Below are positions 31,385-47,694 of a stretch of DNA of 64,000 nt, piece by piece. The stretch is from Piromyces finnis finn. Taxonomy: Eukaryota; Fungi; Neocallimastigomycota. The stretch's first letter is position 1, and every line of letters starts with the position of its first letter. The DNA lies in contig MCFH01000008.1 of the NCBI GenBank assembly GCA_002104945.1, positions 1,116,001 to 1,180,000 on the forward strand, written 5' to 3'. Under the pieces are notes generated by a model. The model was given only the letters and a program-made list of their open reading frames with translations, ran no database searches and was not told where the DNA came from. Both the position numbers and the translations under genes were made by a program.

Positions 31385-33679
31385 ATGATGAAATTAAGTA
31401 AAATTGAGAAAATAGGACAACCCCCGATTTTTCCTGATAATAATGTAGAAACCTACTTTATTCCGTCATCTCATTCACCCAAAAAAAATTCTATTAAAAA
31501 TGCAAGTAGTACAGAAACAATTAAAAAAGATATACCAATTTCGTCCATTATACCATCAAATAAATTAGAATTAGATGAAAATTTATCTTTTATATGTGAA
31601 CCAATTTATAAACCCTCTTTCTTTTTTTCAAAAAAGTAAATATTACTAATGATTATAAGTTTTTCGTTATAAATATATAAATATAAAATATATTTTATTT
31701 ATATATTATTCTTATTATATAATTAAAGAACAGAATTACATGAGATTATAAATAAAGAAAAAAAAGATATTAATAATCTTGAAAAATCTAGTATTAATGA
31801 TAAAAGTGATAAAAATAGCGATCAAAAAACTATGATAAAATCGAAAAGTAATGATTCAATTGCAATAAGAAAAAGAGAATTAGAAAAAAGGAATAAAAGG
31901 AATGAACCTTTATTGAAAAATTCAATTAAAGACTTAAGAAATTGTTATGATGATTCATTATCATCATCAAAAATTAAAGGAAAGAAAAAAGCAACTAAAA
32001 CTCTGAAGAAAAGTAGCTCTTCAATATTAGCTACCTCAATGCCAAACTCTTCTTCAACTACTCTAACAAGAAATAGTTCATATGACCCAGAAAAGGACGA
32101 ATTAAAAAAAAAAAGCAATGCTAAAACACCAAATGAAAAGAAAAAAATGACCATGAAAAAACCAATTAATTATTTAAAAAGTAATAGTAAATCATCTTTG
32201 AATACTAAAAGTAGATATTTACTAACTAGTAATTCAAGTAATAAAATAAGAAAAGAAAAAGTTTCTAGTGATAATGGAAAGGTTATTAATAAAAAGAAAG
32301 GAAGTATGAACGTTTCTCTTCCATTATCCGTAACTATTCCATACACATCTATTAAAAAAGTCAGTAAACCATCTTCAAAAGGGCTAAAGGTGAAAAGTTC
32401 TGGATCTACTATTGAAAGAAAAAATATATTAAATAAGGGACTATCAGAAAGAAAAAGAGTAAAATCTATCCCTTTAAATATATCTGTATCTGTATCAGCG
32501 TCAAACATTGATAATGTTAGTAATGAAAGTCTCAGTAGTAATAATAGTATTGAAGAAAATGGCTTTGATAGTAGTTATTGTAATAATAGTTTTAATAATT
32601 ATGATAATAATTTACCTAATAATATTCAATATTGTAATCCTGATAATGATGAAAATGTATCAAACATTATGAATAAAAATAATTTTATAATTGAAAATAT
32701 TATTGTAAATAATGAAAATGAGGAATTATATTCAACATCACCACCTCAAATAGAAACCGATATAAACATAAATAATAATGATTCAAAAAGCATAGATGAA
32801 AGCTTTAAATCTGAGGATGAACAGCAAAGGCAAAACTTTTTTAGTAATTTAAGCCACAATAAAATTAATTATTCAAGTAGTGAGACTGATAAAATGTATT
32901 ATTACTCTTTAAAGGATAATGAAGATGATAAGACTATATATTATGATCATAATGAAGAAAATAAAGAAAATAATAATATTAATAAGAAAATAATAAATAA
33001 AAACATTAATAACATTATTCAAAAATCAAAAAAAAACTTATTAAAAAAGACAGGAAATAATACAGATATGTGGTCAATAAAAAGTGAACCTATTGATTAT
33101 TCAGAAAATGAAAATAAAAAAGCTATAACTTATCAAAAATCAATACTTAAAAAAACACAGACAGTAAATTATATATCTAATGATGGATTATATAACAATG
33201 ATGAATATGTAAGTAGATACATAGCAGTATTATTGTGAATAATTTTTTAATGTAATTTTTAATATGCTTACCAATTATAAATTAGAATATTACATATAAT
33301 ATGCCACCTGATTATAGCATGATCCCAAGTTCTCCTCCTAGATCAGAAAATCTAATACCATCTGCACCACCATCAATGTATGAAGATAAATATGTTGATA
33401 AGCAAATCCAAATAACAAATGAAATAATAAAAGAAACAAAAAATATTGCACGAAGTATTATCAGTATAAAATCTCTTTGCTCCAATAATCAAAATAAAAA
33501 ATGTATTAATATTGAAGAAAATAATGATGGGTCATTACCATTGATTGATAATAATTTATTTGAAACAGAAAATGAAGATTATCGAAATCAAAATAAAATA
33601 ATCCAAAATAACTCAAATAAACAAATATTATCAGAAGATTATAATAATTATGAAGATGAAAATATGAAATTTATTGATG

Positions 33680-33715
<36 letters not shown>

Positions 33716-35540
33716 GTAATAATAATAATACTATAAACAATAACAATAACAATAATAATAATAATAATGATGATGATGATGATGATGATGATATTAATAA
33801 TAATAATGGTATAAACAACAACAACAATAACAACAATAACAATAACAATAACAATAACAATAATAATAATAATAATAATAATAATGATCAAAATATATGG
33901 TATAATTTAAATCAATATAATAAATTTAATGATATTAATCAAAACCCAGATTTATATAATCAACAATTACTACCGCAACAGCCTATGTTAGAATATAATA
34001 ATACATTTAATGAAACAAATAATATTCAAAATTTACAAGCAGCACACTTGCCACTTAACTCAAGAAAATTAGCATCATTTTATTATAAAAATTATAATAT
34101 GAATTATGGAAATAGTAATAATAATATATATCAATATGAAGATTTTTGTAAATATAATCATTCATATCAAAATAATAATAACTTTATTTCTACTACTACT
34201 AATAATAATAATAATAATAATAAAAGTAAAGAAACGAAAAAGAATCAGCAGTATAATAGGCGTATGAAATTAAAGCATTCATATAAACCATTAACAGATG
34301 AAATTGATGACAATGACTACAATAAGTCGCTTAAAGATGAACAAATTGATATAGAGTTTAAAAGAAAAATATTAACGAAGAACTCCTCTTATATGTTATA
34401 CGTAGCTGGTCAAGATGAACATCTCGTAAAATTAAAAATCCCTAAACTAGATCCGAAAATATCTTATGTTCCAAACACTACAACTATACGTAATAATCAT
34501 CCAGATTTAGGAAAAGTTAAAGATGTATACGACTATTTTAATAATGATCATCAACCTATAGAAGAGCCAACTAATAATAATGAATTTTTTCAACAATTAT
34601 TAAATTCCATTAATAAACCAAAATTTGCAGTTACTATAGTCGGTAAGTTTTTTTTTAATATTAATTAATTCAATTTTCCAGTTTATAGAAAATGTAGACG
34701 AAAACTTTTTGACAATTAATAATTTCTTTTTTTTTATAATAATGTAAGGTTATCATCCCTGTTCAAGATTAAATTTTAATTATTATGACAATTTAAATAT
34801 GGGTAAAAATTGGAAAATGGAATGTACTCATATGTCTAGATTTAAGAAACCAACATTTAAGATACAAATTAATTTAGAAAATATTGTAAACGAAAACTGG
34901 ACTGAAATGTGTGTAGATAATGGTTATTTATATTCTTCTGATATACCAACATTTAATAATATTATTGATACATATATTAAATCAAGTAAACCAATAAAAA
35001 AAATAGAATTAATAACAGTAAGTATTCATATATTTTATTCTAATTTTATTTTTATTTTTATTTTTTTTTTTGTCTTCTTTTTTTTTTTTTCTTTCTAAAT
35101 GTATAAAAAATATTTAATCTTAAAACGCCATATGTTAAGTCAATAAATAATTAATTCTTTTTAATTAATATATATTTAAACAATAGAAAGTAATATTTAA
35201 TAATAGATTAGAATTTGAAAGCGAAGTACAAAAAATGTTTTTAAGTGTTGGTTATTATGATAAAATTGATTTTATCTATCATACATCGAAATCTGGAATT
35301 TGTATAGAAAAAGGCAAAAAATTTAAAGATTTTGACGATAACACATGTTGGACTTTCCTCATATGGATCTATATGTGGTGCATTGTTTGGTATCCAATTA
35401 TGTGGTGTATATCTGGACCAAATTTGCCACCTATGATAGCATATTATGAAGCTAATGTGGATCTAAATATATTAAAATGCATTGAACCACTTATTCTAGA
35501 AGGAGCAAGTCAACAGGATTTATTTGTTGTAACAATATAA
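31385..35540 (+). CDS. Large low-complexity (Lys/Ser/Asn-rich) hypothetical protein with a folded, Trp-rich hydrophobic C-terminal domain
   Basis: ORFs 31385, 31832, 33301, 34799 and 35235 join in frame (e.g. donor 33209 GTAAGT to acceptor 33285, phase 0). Contains PPDY and PSAP motifs, poly-Asn tracts and C-terminal CWTFLIWIYMWCIVWYPIMW. Confidence 0.7.
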
Positions 35541-37487
35541 ATTATATTACATTTTAGATAATTTTAAAGTTGAAAATACAACTTTTACTTAATCGTTTTA
35601 ACATTTTAATAAAAATATATCTATTTTATTAATATTTTATATTTAAATAGTTTGTTTGATTTAAAAATATATTTTATCATTTTATATAAAAATAATTAAA
35701 ATTATAACTAATTATTGCATGCTTAGATTTATTATAAATTATTTCATTACAATATTCCTTATATAAATATTATATATTTTAATTTATTATAAGAATAAAA
35801 TATTTACATAATAATAAAAATAATACAAAACTGATTTTATTTCTAATTACTTCTGATAAATATATTAAAAGTATATTGAAATAAAATTTTTTTAAAAACA
35901 CGTTGAAAAAAAATAATTATATTATATAATAAAAATTTTATTCTATTATTTTTACCAACAAACTAACTATATTACCATATACCATTATATATATGGTACA
36001 TTTATAATGCATAACATTATAACATTAAATTATGAATAATCAAATAATTGACTTTTTTTTTTATGTAATGACAAATACAAAATTTATATATCTATAAGTA
36101 CTTATATAATAGTAAGAAGAGGTTATCATATTTGAATATTAGAGATTATTATAAATTGTTGTTATTATTTTTTGAAATTCTACAATCCAGTCTTAAACAA
36201 GAAGATCTATTTAATCCAATTAAACCATTTTGAGATATCAATATATAAACTTTTTTCGAAATCAAAAGAAAAAATTCTTTGTTTTTTTTTTTTTTTTACA
36301 TTCATTATATATATACATTAATTTAGTATTAGCGTTAATTACATTATATGTTACATACATTTTTTCATTTATATAATTTTATATTTAACATTTCACTAAC
36401 TAAATCAAAAAAAAATATTATTGGTAAATTAAATAAGAAATAATTTATATATGGCAATAAATTAAACTATAAATATTAAAGATGGATGGTTAATACAATT
36501 ATTTATTGTTGAATCATTATTTTAATGGGAATCTTTTATAAAAATAAAAGTATTATTACTAAAATATAATAGAGATGTTATTGTATTATGTATAATAAAG
36601 ATAAAAAGGAAATAATAAGAAAAAAAATTTTTTATACCTTTGAATTGATTATACAAAAACTATTTTATTATAATAAAGACTCTATAGCTTAGAGTCCATT
36701 ATAATATAAAAAAATGCTTTTAAAAAATAGTATTGAAAGTATCGACAAATCAAGAAATATTTTTTTTTAAAATAACAATAGTATTGATGATGATACCATA
36801 ATAAAGTAGTATAATAACGTTACAATGTTAATAAACTAAAGCATACATATTTTCATAATTTAACTGATTATGATTAATTTTAAATACACTTTTGAAATAT
36901 TATATATATGTAATGTATTAAATGATTTTAAAAAAAATAATTTATACTTTTTTTAAATTAAATATATCATTATTAAATATATTATTGAAAATTTTTAAAT
37001 TAAATATTTATTAATTTATAATAATGTAGTATAATATATTTCTATTCAAGAAATAAATAAATTTTCTTAAACAAAAAATGGAAATATAAGATAAAATAAA
37101 AAGAAAAATACAAAAATAGTTTAAAAACATTTTATTTTTAGCCTTTTTACTTTTATTGATATATTTTAATAAAATAAGTAAGAGTATATAAAACAAAAAA
37201 AATTCGAGTCTTTTAATTTAAAAATATTTTTATCCTAAAAAAAAAGAAACAGTAAGCTTTAAATATAAATAAAAATTTTATTAAAAAGATAAATCAAATA
37301 TAAAAATTATATTAATTTAATTTTTATCTTTCTATATATAATATAATAAAACGAAAAATAAATAAATAAATATTATTAATTTATGCTTTTCGCATTTCAT
37401 CAATTTAAAATAATTAATTTAATAATGATATAATAAATGGTGATGAATCAAGTTTGAAAATTAACTACATAATATTAAATTTAAAAT

Positions 37488-40400
37488 ATGGATGATTATC
37501 AACAAATTCGACAACGTCACCAGAATGAAGATAAAGAAAAAAGACCTTTATTAGGTGAATATGAAAATGACAATAAGTATGACAAACCAATAAAAGAAAA
37601 AGAGGTAAATAATACATTGAATGTTAACTATTTTTTTTTCTTTAAAATTTAAATTATTTCATAATAATTAATATTTTTGTATCATTTAATAATCATTAGA
37701 GCAAAGGTTTTTTGAATAATAAACCAGATCTTGCTATTGCTGGCGTATTTTTAATTTTAGGTTTATTTACTCGTTATTTTCAAATTTCAAAATCTAATAT
37801 TGTTGTGTAAGATAGAAATTAATGAAGAAATAACAATTTAATAAAAAAAAAATAATAATTTAAATATTAAAAAAAAATTACTAATCAATTGAATATATAA
37901 ATAAATGAAATAGTTGGGATGAAGCTCATTTCGGGTAATTATTTTTTTTAAAATGCTTTAATAATCATAAAAAAAAAAAATACATATCAACAAAATAAAA
38001 ATATTAATACTTTTTAATTTATTATATTGATATAGTGGCTTTGCCTCTCAATATTTAAAGCGTGAATTTTATTTTGATGTTCACCCACCTCTTGGTAAAA
38101 TGTTAATTGCTTTAGCTGGTTACCTCGCTGGTTATGATGGTCATTGGGGATGGGAATCAGCAGCAACTTTCCCAGAAAACTTAAATTATGTTAGAATGAG
38201 ACTTTTCTGCGCTACCTTTGGTGCCTTTATTGTTCCATTAGCATATTTAACTGCTTGTGAATTAAAATTCCCAAGAAAAATTTGTATTTTAATTGGCTTA
38301 ATGGTTTTACTTGGTAAATATTTATTTTAATTCTAATAATTATTGTATAAAACACTATTTTAATTAGCTTTTATAAATATAAATTAATAACATATATTTA
38401 AATATATCAAAAAATTATATTATTTAATAGAAAATGGTCTTATTGTAATTTCAAAGTTCGTCCTTTTAGATCCAATTTTAATTTTCTTTACTTCATTATC
38501 TTTCTTTTGTTTGACAAAGTTCCATAATCAACGTGAAAAGTAAATTCTATTTTTACTAGTATTAATATTTTTATAATACATAGTTAAATCAATATAATTT
38601 AAAAAATATATTAATTTTTATTATTTTTAATGTTTGCTTTTTTTTCATATTAACATAGACCATTTTCTAAAAGTTGGTTTTTATGGCTTTTCCTTACTGG
38701 TGTTTCAATTGGTTGTGTTACAAGTGTTAAATGGGTTGGACTTTTTGCTGTTGCTCTTGTTGGTTTAGTAAGTAAAATTATTTAAATAATAATCTAGAAA
38801 TTGTAATAAATTTTAATCTTATATTAAATAAACTATTAAAGCATACTATTTGGGAACTCTGGGATTATCTCGGCGATATGAATATGCCAATGGTAAGCAA
38901 TAATAATTATTTTAAATATATATATATTTATAAATATTTATTCATTGTATTTTAAAAATAGACAACTTATATTGGCCACTGGTTAGCAAGAATTGTTTGT
39001 CTTATTATTATTCCAATTTCTGTTTATGCTTTTAATTTCTATCTTCATTTCACTATCTTAAGTAAGAGTGGTAAAGGTGATGCTCAAATGAGTTCATTAT
39101 TCCAAGCAGGTCTTGAAGGCATTGATTTATCACAAAATCCATTAAGTAAATATTTTCTTTAAAAATATGATCATCGAATTATTATAACATATTATTAAAT
39201 ATATTATATTAAACAAAATAAATTAAATTTTTACTTATTTATTTGATATTTTATAGATATTGCATACAATTCAAAAGTTACACTTAAGAATTCTGGCTAT
39301 GGTGGTGGTTTATTGCATTCTCATATTCAACGTTATCCAGCTGGTTCTGAACAACAACAAGTTACATGTTATCATCATAAAGATAGTAATAATGATTGGT
39401 ATATTAAAAAACCATGGAATTCTGAACAAGTTCCAGATGATAAAATTGAATATTTAAAGGATGGTGATATTATTAAACTTGGTAAATATTTAAATTTTAT
39501 TTTTATTTATTTATTTTAGATTATATTAAGTTTTCAAATAATAATGTATATTCATTATTTAAAAAATAAATAATATGAAAGTTCACGTTCAAACTACAAG
39601 AAATCTTCACTCTCATAATGTTAAGGCACCAGTTACTTCTTACATGAATGAAGTTTCTTGTTATGGTAATTCTACTTTAGGTGATTCTAATGATCATTGG
39701 AAAGTTGAAATTGTTGATGTAAGTAATGATAAGTATTTTTTCTTTCATAAAGTATTTAATGTAGAAACAAATATTTATAAATATTTTATTTTTTATAGGA
39801 TATAAAAACAAAAAAACCAGAAAATGTTAGAGCTTTATTAACAAGATTTAGACTTAGACATGTCAACACTGGTTGTTTACTTAGATCTCACAATGTTAAT
39901 CTTCCACATTGGGGTTTCAAGCAAGCCGAAGTTGCATGCGATAAAGATAAAAAAGCAGAAAATCAAGCAAATAACATTTGGAATGTTGAAAGACACTGGA
40001 ATAGTTTAAGTAAGTTATTTAAGATATTGTATAAAATAAATCAATAATGAACAAAATAAAAATTTCAAATATAATGACTATTATTAACACCTTATTTAAA
40101 ATAATAAAATATAATAATTACAGTGGAACCTGCTCCAAAGTCAATATATAAATCTAAATTTATTAATGATTTTATTGATTTAAATGTTGCTATGTGGACC
40201 TCTAATAATGCTCTTGTACCAGATCCAGACAAGGAACCAGATCAATTAGTTTCTCAAGCTTGGCAATGGCCATTAGCATTAGTTGGTATTCGTATGTGTT
40301 CATGGAGTGATAAGACTGTTAAGTATTACATGATGGGTAATCCATTTATATGGTGGTTTGCTTTTGCTGCTATTTTAAGTCTTGGTGTTTTCTCTTTATT

Positions 40401-40657
40401 CTACATTCTCCGTAGACAAAGAAAGATTACTTATGCTTGGGAAAAAAGTAAGATATAATTTTAATTCTAGAAATATCAAGTTTTAATTATTATATTTTAA
40501 TTATTAACTATATATATTTATATAATTATTTAAGATGAGTGGTTTGAATATTGTTATAGAGGTTTAATCACTTTCCTTGGTTGGGCCTTACATTATTTAC
40601 CATTCTATATTATGGGTCGTGTATTATAGTAAGTAATTTATATATATATATATATAT

Positions 40658-40695
<38 letters not shown>

Positions 40696-40978
40696 AATAA
40701 TTAAAATTTATTATAAATTATTTCATTACAGTCTTCACCATTATTTCCCAACTATCTACTTCGGTATTTTTGTTCTTGGTTTCATGATTGACCATATCAG
40801 TTTCTTCTTTAAAAGAGTTCCAATTATTCATAACATTATTGTATTAACTGTTGGTGGTATAATTGTTATTTCTTTCTTATTCTTTTCAAAATTAACTTAT
40901 GGCTTTACTGGACCTTCTTCTAGTGTTAAGAACAGAGAATGGCTTTCATCATGGCATATGGCTACTTCCAGTGATTAA
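37488..40978 (+). CDS. PMT2: Dolichyl-phosphate-mannose--protein O-mannosyltransferase, PMT2 subfamily; many exons
   Basis: [45 protein letters not shown] domains ([29 protein letters not shown]; [11 protein letters not shown]), [13 protein letters not shown] and HHYFPTLYF. Confidence 0.92.
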
Positions 40979-41039
40979 ATAAAATCAAAAAAAGAAATTT
41001 AGAATAAATATATATTTTAATCATTCCGTATTTTATTTA

Positions 41040-41081
<42 letters not shown>

Positions 41082-42071
41082 GAATAAAATAATATGAAAA
41101 CAGAATTAAATATATAAACTTTTTATATATTAAAATTTAAAATAATACAATAATATAGAAAACGAGTTTAGAAAATGAAAAACCAAAGAATAATTATTAT
41201 TATTAATGTTATGAAAATAAATGTATATCTATAATTTATTAAATAATAACTAGTAAAATATAGTTTTATATTTTTATAAAATTAGCAAATAAAATAAAAA
41301 TAAATAATAAAATAAAATAATAAAATAAAAAAAAAATAATATTAAAAATATATAAGATCATATAATAACTATAAAAAAGTATTATTCAATACAAATAAAT
41401 TTAAAGAAAAGCTTTTAAGCCTAATAAATACAGATGAAATTATTTTATGGCGCCTAAGTTAATTATATATGAAAAAAGCTCATGTGGTGTTTTTAATTTA
41501 TATTAATTTATATAATACATGAAACAGAAAATCTTCATAATAAATTTTAATTATTAATATATTGGTTTTTGAAACAAAATTTATCTAAAAACTCCTTTGT
41601 TAAAAAATCTTTTTTTTTTTTCTTATTATTTTTTTAATATTAACCTATACCATACCTCTATACCTATATTTTTTATAAAAGAAAAAATAATAAAAACCTT
41701 CTATCGTAATAGTAAATATATATTTTATATTTAGATATTTAAATATATATACTTTATTTGATTAGGTATATTATATTAATATATATATTTTTTTGATAAC
41801 CAAGCCAAAAAATAATAATAATATTTGTTTGTTTATTAAAACGGCAAAACATAGAGATAAATAGTTTGATATATTTTATATAGTTTAAGAAAGATGAATA
41901 CTCAACAATATGTAAGTAAAAGAATAAAAATAGCAATACAATATAAATGTTTTTTTTTTTTTTTTAAATATAATAATTAAAATTAAATTTAAAAATTTGT
42001 ATTTTAATAAAAATATCTCTATTAATATCTACTCATTTTTCTAAAATTAATATTTATAATAGCAACATAAT

Positions 42072-42290
42072 ATGAATGAAAATGAATATAACAATTTATT
42101 AAATAGAATGAATTATTTATCTATTAATAATTCTAATTTTAACAATACTAACAAGCAATTTCAGCAACAACAACAACAACAACAACAAAATATAATTTTT
42201 GATTCTATGAATGACTTAGTTATGAGTGATAATTATTGTGAAACAACAATGTTTAGTAATGGATATTTTTCTTCTTCAATATATCGCTAA
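42072..42290 (+). CDS. Small ORF (72 aa) with a poly-Gln tract; coding status uncertain
   Basis: ATG-initiated ORF with a (CAA)n tract and more mixed composition than the flanking DNA. No family recognised. Confidence 0.3.
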   Translation: MNENEYNNLLNRMNYLSINNSNFNNTNKQFQQQQQQQQQNIIFDSMNDLVMSDNYCETTMFSNGYFSSSIYR

Positions 42291-42856
42291 TTTTTGCTTA
42301 ATATGAAATACATATATAAAATATTATTATTTTAGGAAATAATAACATAATATGATAATATGATATGTTGAATAGTTATCATATCTTTATTATATACATA
42401 ATATTTTAATGATTCAAACATTAATAAAATCATTGAATATAGAAAAATATCTTTTATATTATAGAAATTTTAAAGTATCATTAATGATTCATATTTTCTA
42501 AATTAAATATTTAGATAATACCTTTTGTACATATATATAAAATAAATAAAATATATATTATAATATTATAATATATACACATAATTTTAGAAACATTATT
42601 ATAAATTTTAAATATTAATAAATAAGTATGCTTTTATTAAATAAATAGTTTGAAAATAAAGTAAAGCAAAAAAATTATTTAGAAATAATTTTTTTTTTTT
42701 TTTTTTTTTTTTTTTTGAATAATAAATTTTTAATCTATAATTCTTAAAATAAATAATTTATAATTTATAGTGTATAGTTCGATATTAAAACATTTCTATT
42801 GAAAAAAATAAAAATAAAAAACATTTTCTTTTTTTTTTTTTAGTTTATGATTATAA

Positions 42857-45472
<2,616 letters not shown>

Positions 45473-45574
45473 TTTCACTATTTAATAATTAAACTTTAAA
45501 AAAAAAGATAATTTCTAATATTTTAAAAAAAAATTAAAATTACTTTTAATTATTTAAAAAAAAAAAAAAAAAAT

Positions 45575-45605
45575 ATTGGCTAATAGATCTTAAATTTATG
45601 ATTGG
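45575..45605. promoter_or_regulatory. Two CCAAT boxes (ATTGG at 45575 and 45601) in the PRP43/PRP21 divergent intergenic region
   Basis: GC-containing ATTGG motifs in otherwise almost pure A/T DNA, about 100-130 bp upstream of the PRP43 ATG. Confidence 0.4.
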
Positions 45606-46016
45606 TAAAAATAACTGTTACAATATAATTTGTTTATATAACAATATATGCTTAAATATATACTTTAATATAAATTTTCAATTTATTATTTGTTTTTGAA
45701 ATTAAATAAAACTAAAATGTTCATGTTTATTAGGAATAATAAATTATGTAAATAAATAAATAAATATAAAATAAATAAATAATGTATTCTATATAAATAA
45801 ATATAAAAATAATTAAAAATATAAATTTATTGATATATTTAATGTATATATGTATATATGTATATATTATAATTTATGTATAAATAAATTTTATTTTTTC
45901 ATTATTATTAATTATATAATTTTGAAAAATATTTGAAAGTTAATATATGATCATATACATAAGTGTTTGTTAAATTAGTTATTGTGTTTTAAGAAATAAT
46001 AAGAAAGTAATAAAAT

Positions 46017-47627
46017 ATGTCTTCTGTTGATTCAAACACAGATGTTGTGGGTATTATTTATCCACCACCTGAAATTAGAAGTAAGTGTTATAATTATATG
46101 TATAAAAATTTCAATTTGAAATTTGATATCAAAAAGGGTTTATTCTTTTTGATAAATTTATATAGATATACAATAAAGAAATTGTATATTTATATAGATA
46201 TAATAACTTATAATATATACTTATTTTTTATTGTTTATTATTATTATTGTTGTTGTTGTTGTTGTTATCATTATAAAAATAGATATTATTGATAAAACTG
46301 CATCATTTGTTGCAAGAAATACAGTTCAATTCGAAAATCTTATTAAAGAAAAGGAAAAGTTTAATCCAAAATTTTCATTTTTAAATCCAAATGATCCATA
46401 TTATTCATATTATCAATTTAAAATCAAAGAATCTAAAGATGGAAAATGTAAATATTTTTTATGTTTTTTGTTGTAATATACATGGATTATCCAAAATTTA
46501 TTTTATATTTAATATCATATTAATACACTTTTCCAAATATAAATATAATAATAAAGCATCGGACGATTCAAAAAAACTTGAAGAAATTGAAAATAAAGAA
46601 AAAGAAAAAAAAGAAAAAATTCCAGAAAAGCCAATTCCAAAAGAACCTTCTGCATACGAATTTATGGCAGAATTACCTGCAATTTCTGCACAAGATTTGT
46701 AATACATTTTAATAAAAATTTGATTAAGTATATGTAATGTTTAATAAAATTTTTAATTTATTCTTATTATTTTTTTTAATTATAATTATAAATAATTAGA
46801 GATATTCTTAAATTAACAGCACAATTTGTAGCACGTAATGGTCGTCAATTTATGACAGGATTAGCTCAACGTGAGCAAAAAAATTATCAATTTGAATTTT
46901 TAAGACCAAATCATAGTTTATTTAATTATTTTACAAAATTAGTTGAACAATATACAAAAGTTTTGATTCCTTCAAAAAAATTATTTCAAAATCTTGATAT
47001 AACAATGACTGATAAATATACAGTAAATTATCAATAATTTTATAATTAATCAAATTTGCTTAATGAAATTTAAATATTAATTATTAATATTTTAATACTG
47101 TTAATTTATTGGAAATTGTTAGGTTTTAGATCGTGCCTTGCAAAGAGTTGAATATAAAACTTACCAAGAAGAACAAAAGAAGAAAGAAGAAGAAAAAGCT
47201 GATGCTGAAAAAAGTATATCAATATTTAAACTTACTTTATTAGTAAAGGATAATTAATTACAAGTTATATATATTCATTATAATAATCATTATTATTTAT
47301 ATTATTTTTAACATTTATTATTAAGTCGCATATGCATCAATCGATTGGCATGACTTTGTCATCGTTGATACTATTGAGTTTACTGAAGCTGATGAATCAA
47401 TGGATCTTCCACCACCAATGAGTTTATCAGAATTACAACATATGTCATTAGTTCAAAAGAAGGCTAATCTTGTATCAACTAATGAAATTGAAAATAAAAA
47501 GGAAGAAGATCAAGCTGGTGATATGGAAGTAAGTGTTATATATTATAGCATTACCTACTAAAGCATTAATATTTTTATTTGTATAAATTTTATTATAAGT
47601 AATTTAAATATTATAATTATTTCTTTT

Positions 47628-47694
<67 letters not shown>

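Noticed and set aside
33631-33891. Poly-Ile and poly-Leu minus-strand ORFs
   Set aside because: Antisense of the poly-Asn/Asp coding tract in the 31385-35540 gene.
31832-34668. ORFs 31832-33238 and 33301-34668 as two separate genes
   Set aside because: A phase-0 intron (33209-33285) joins them in frame.
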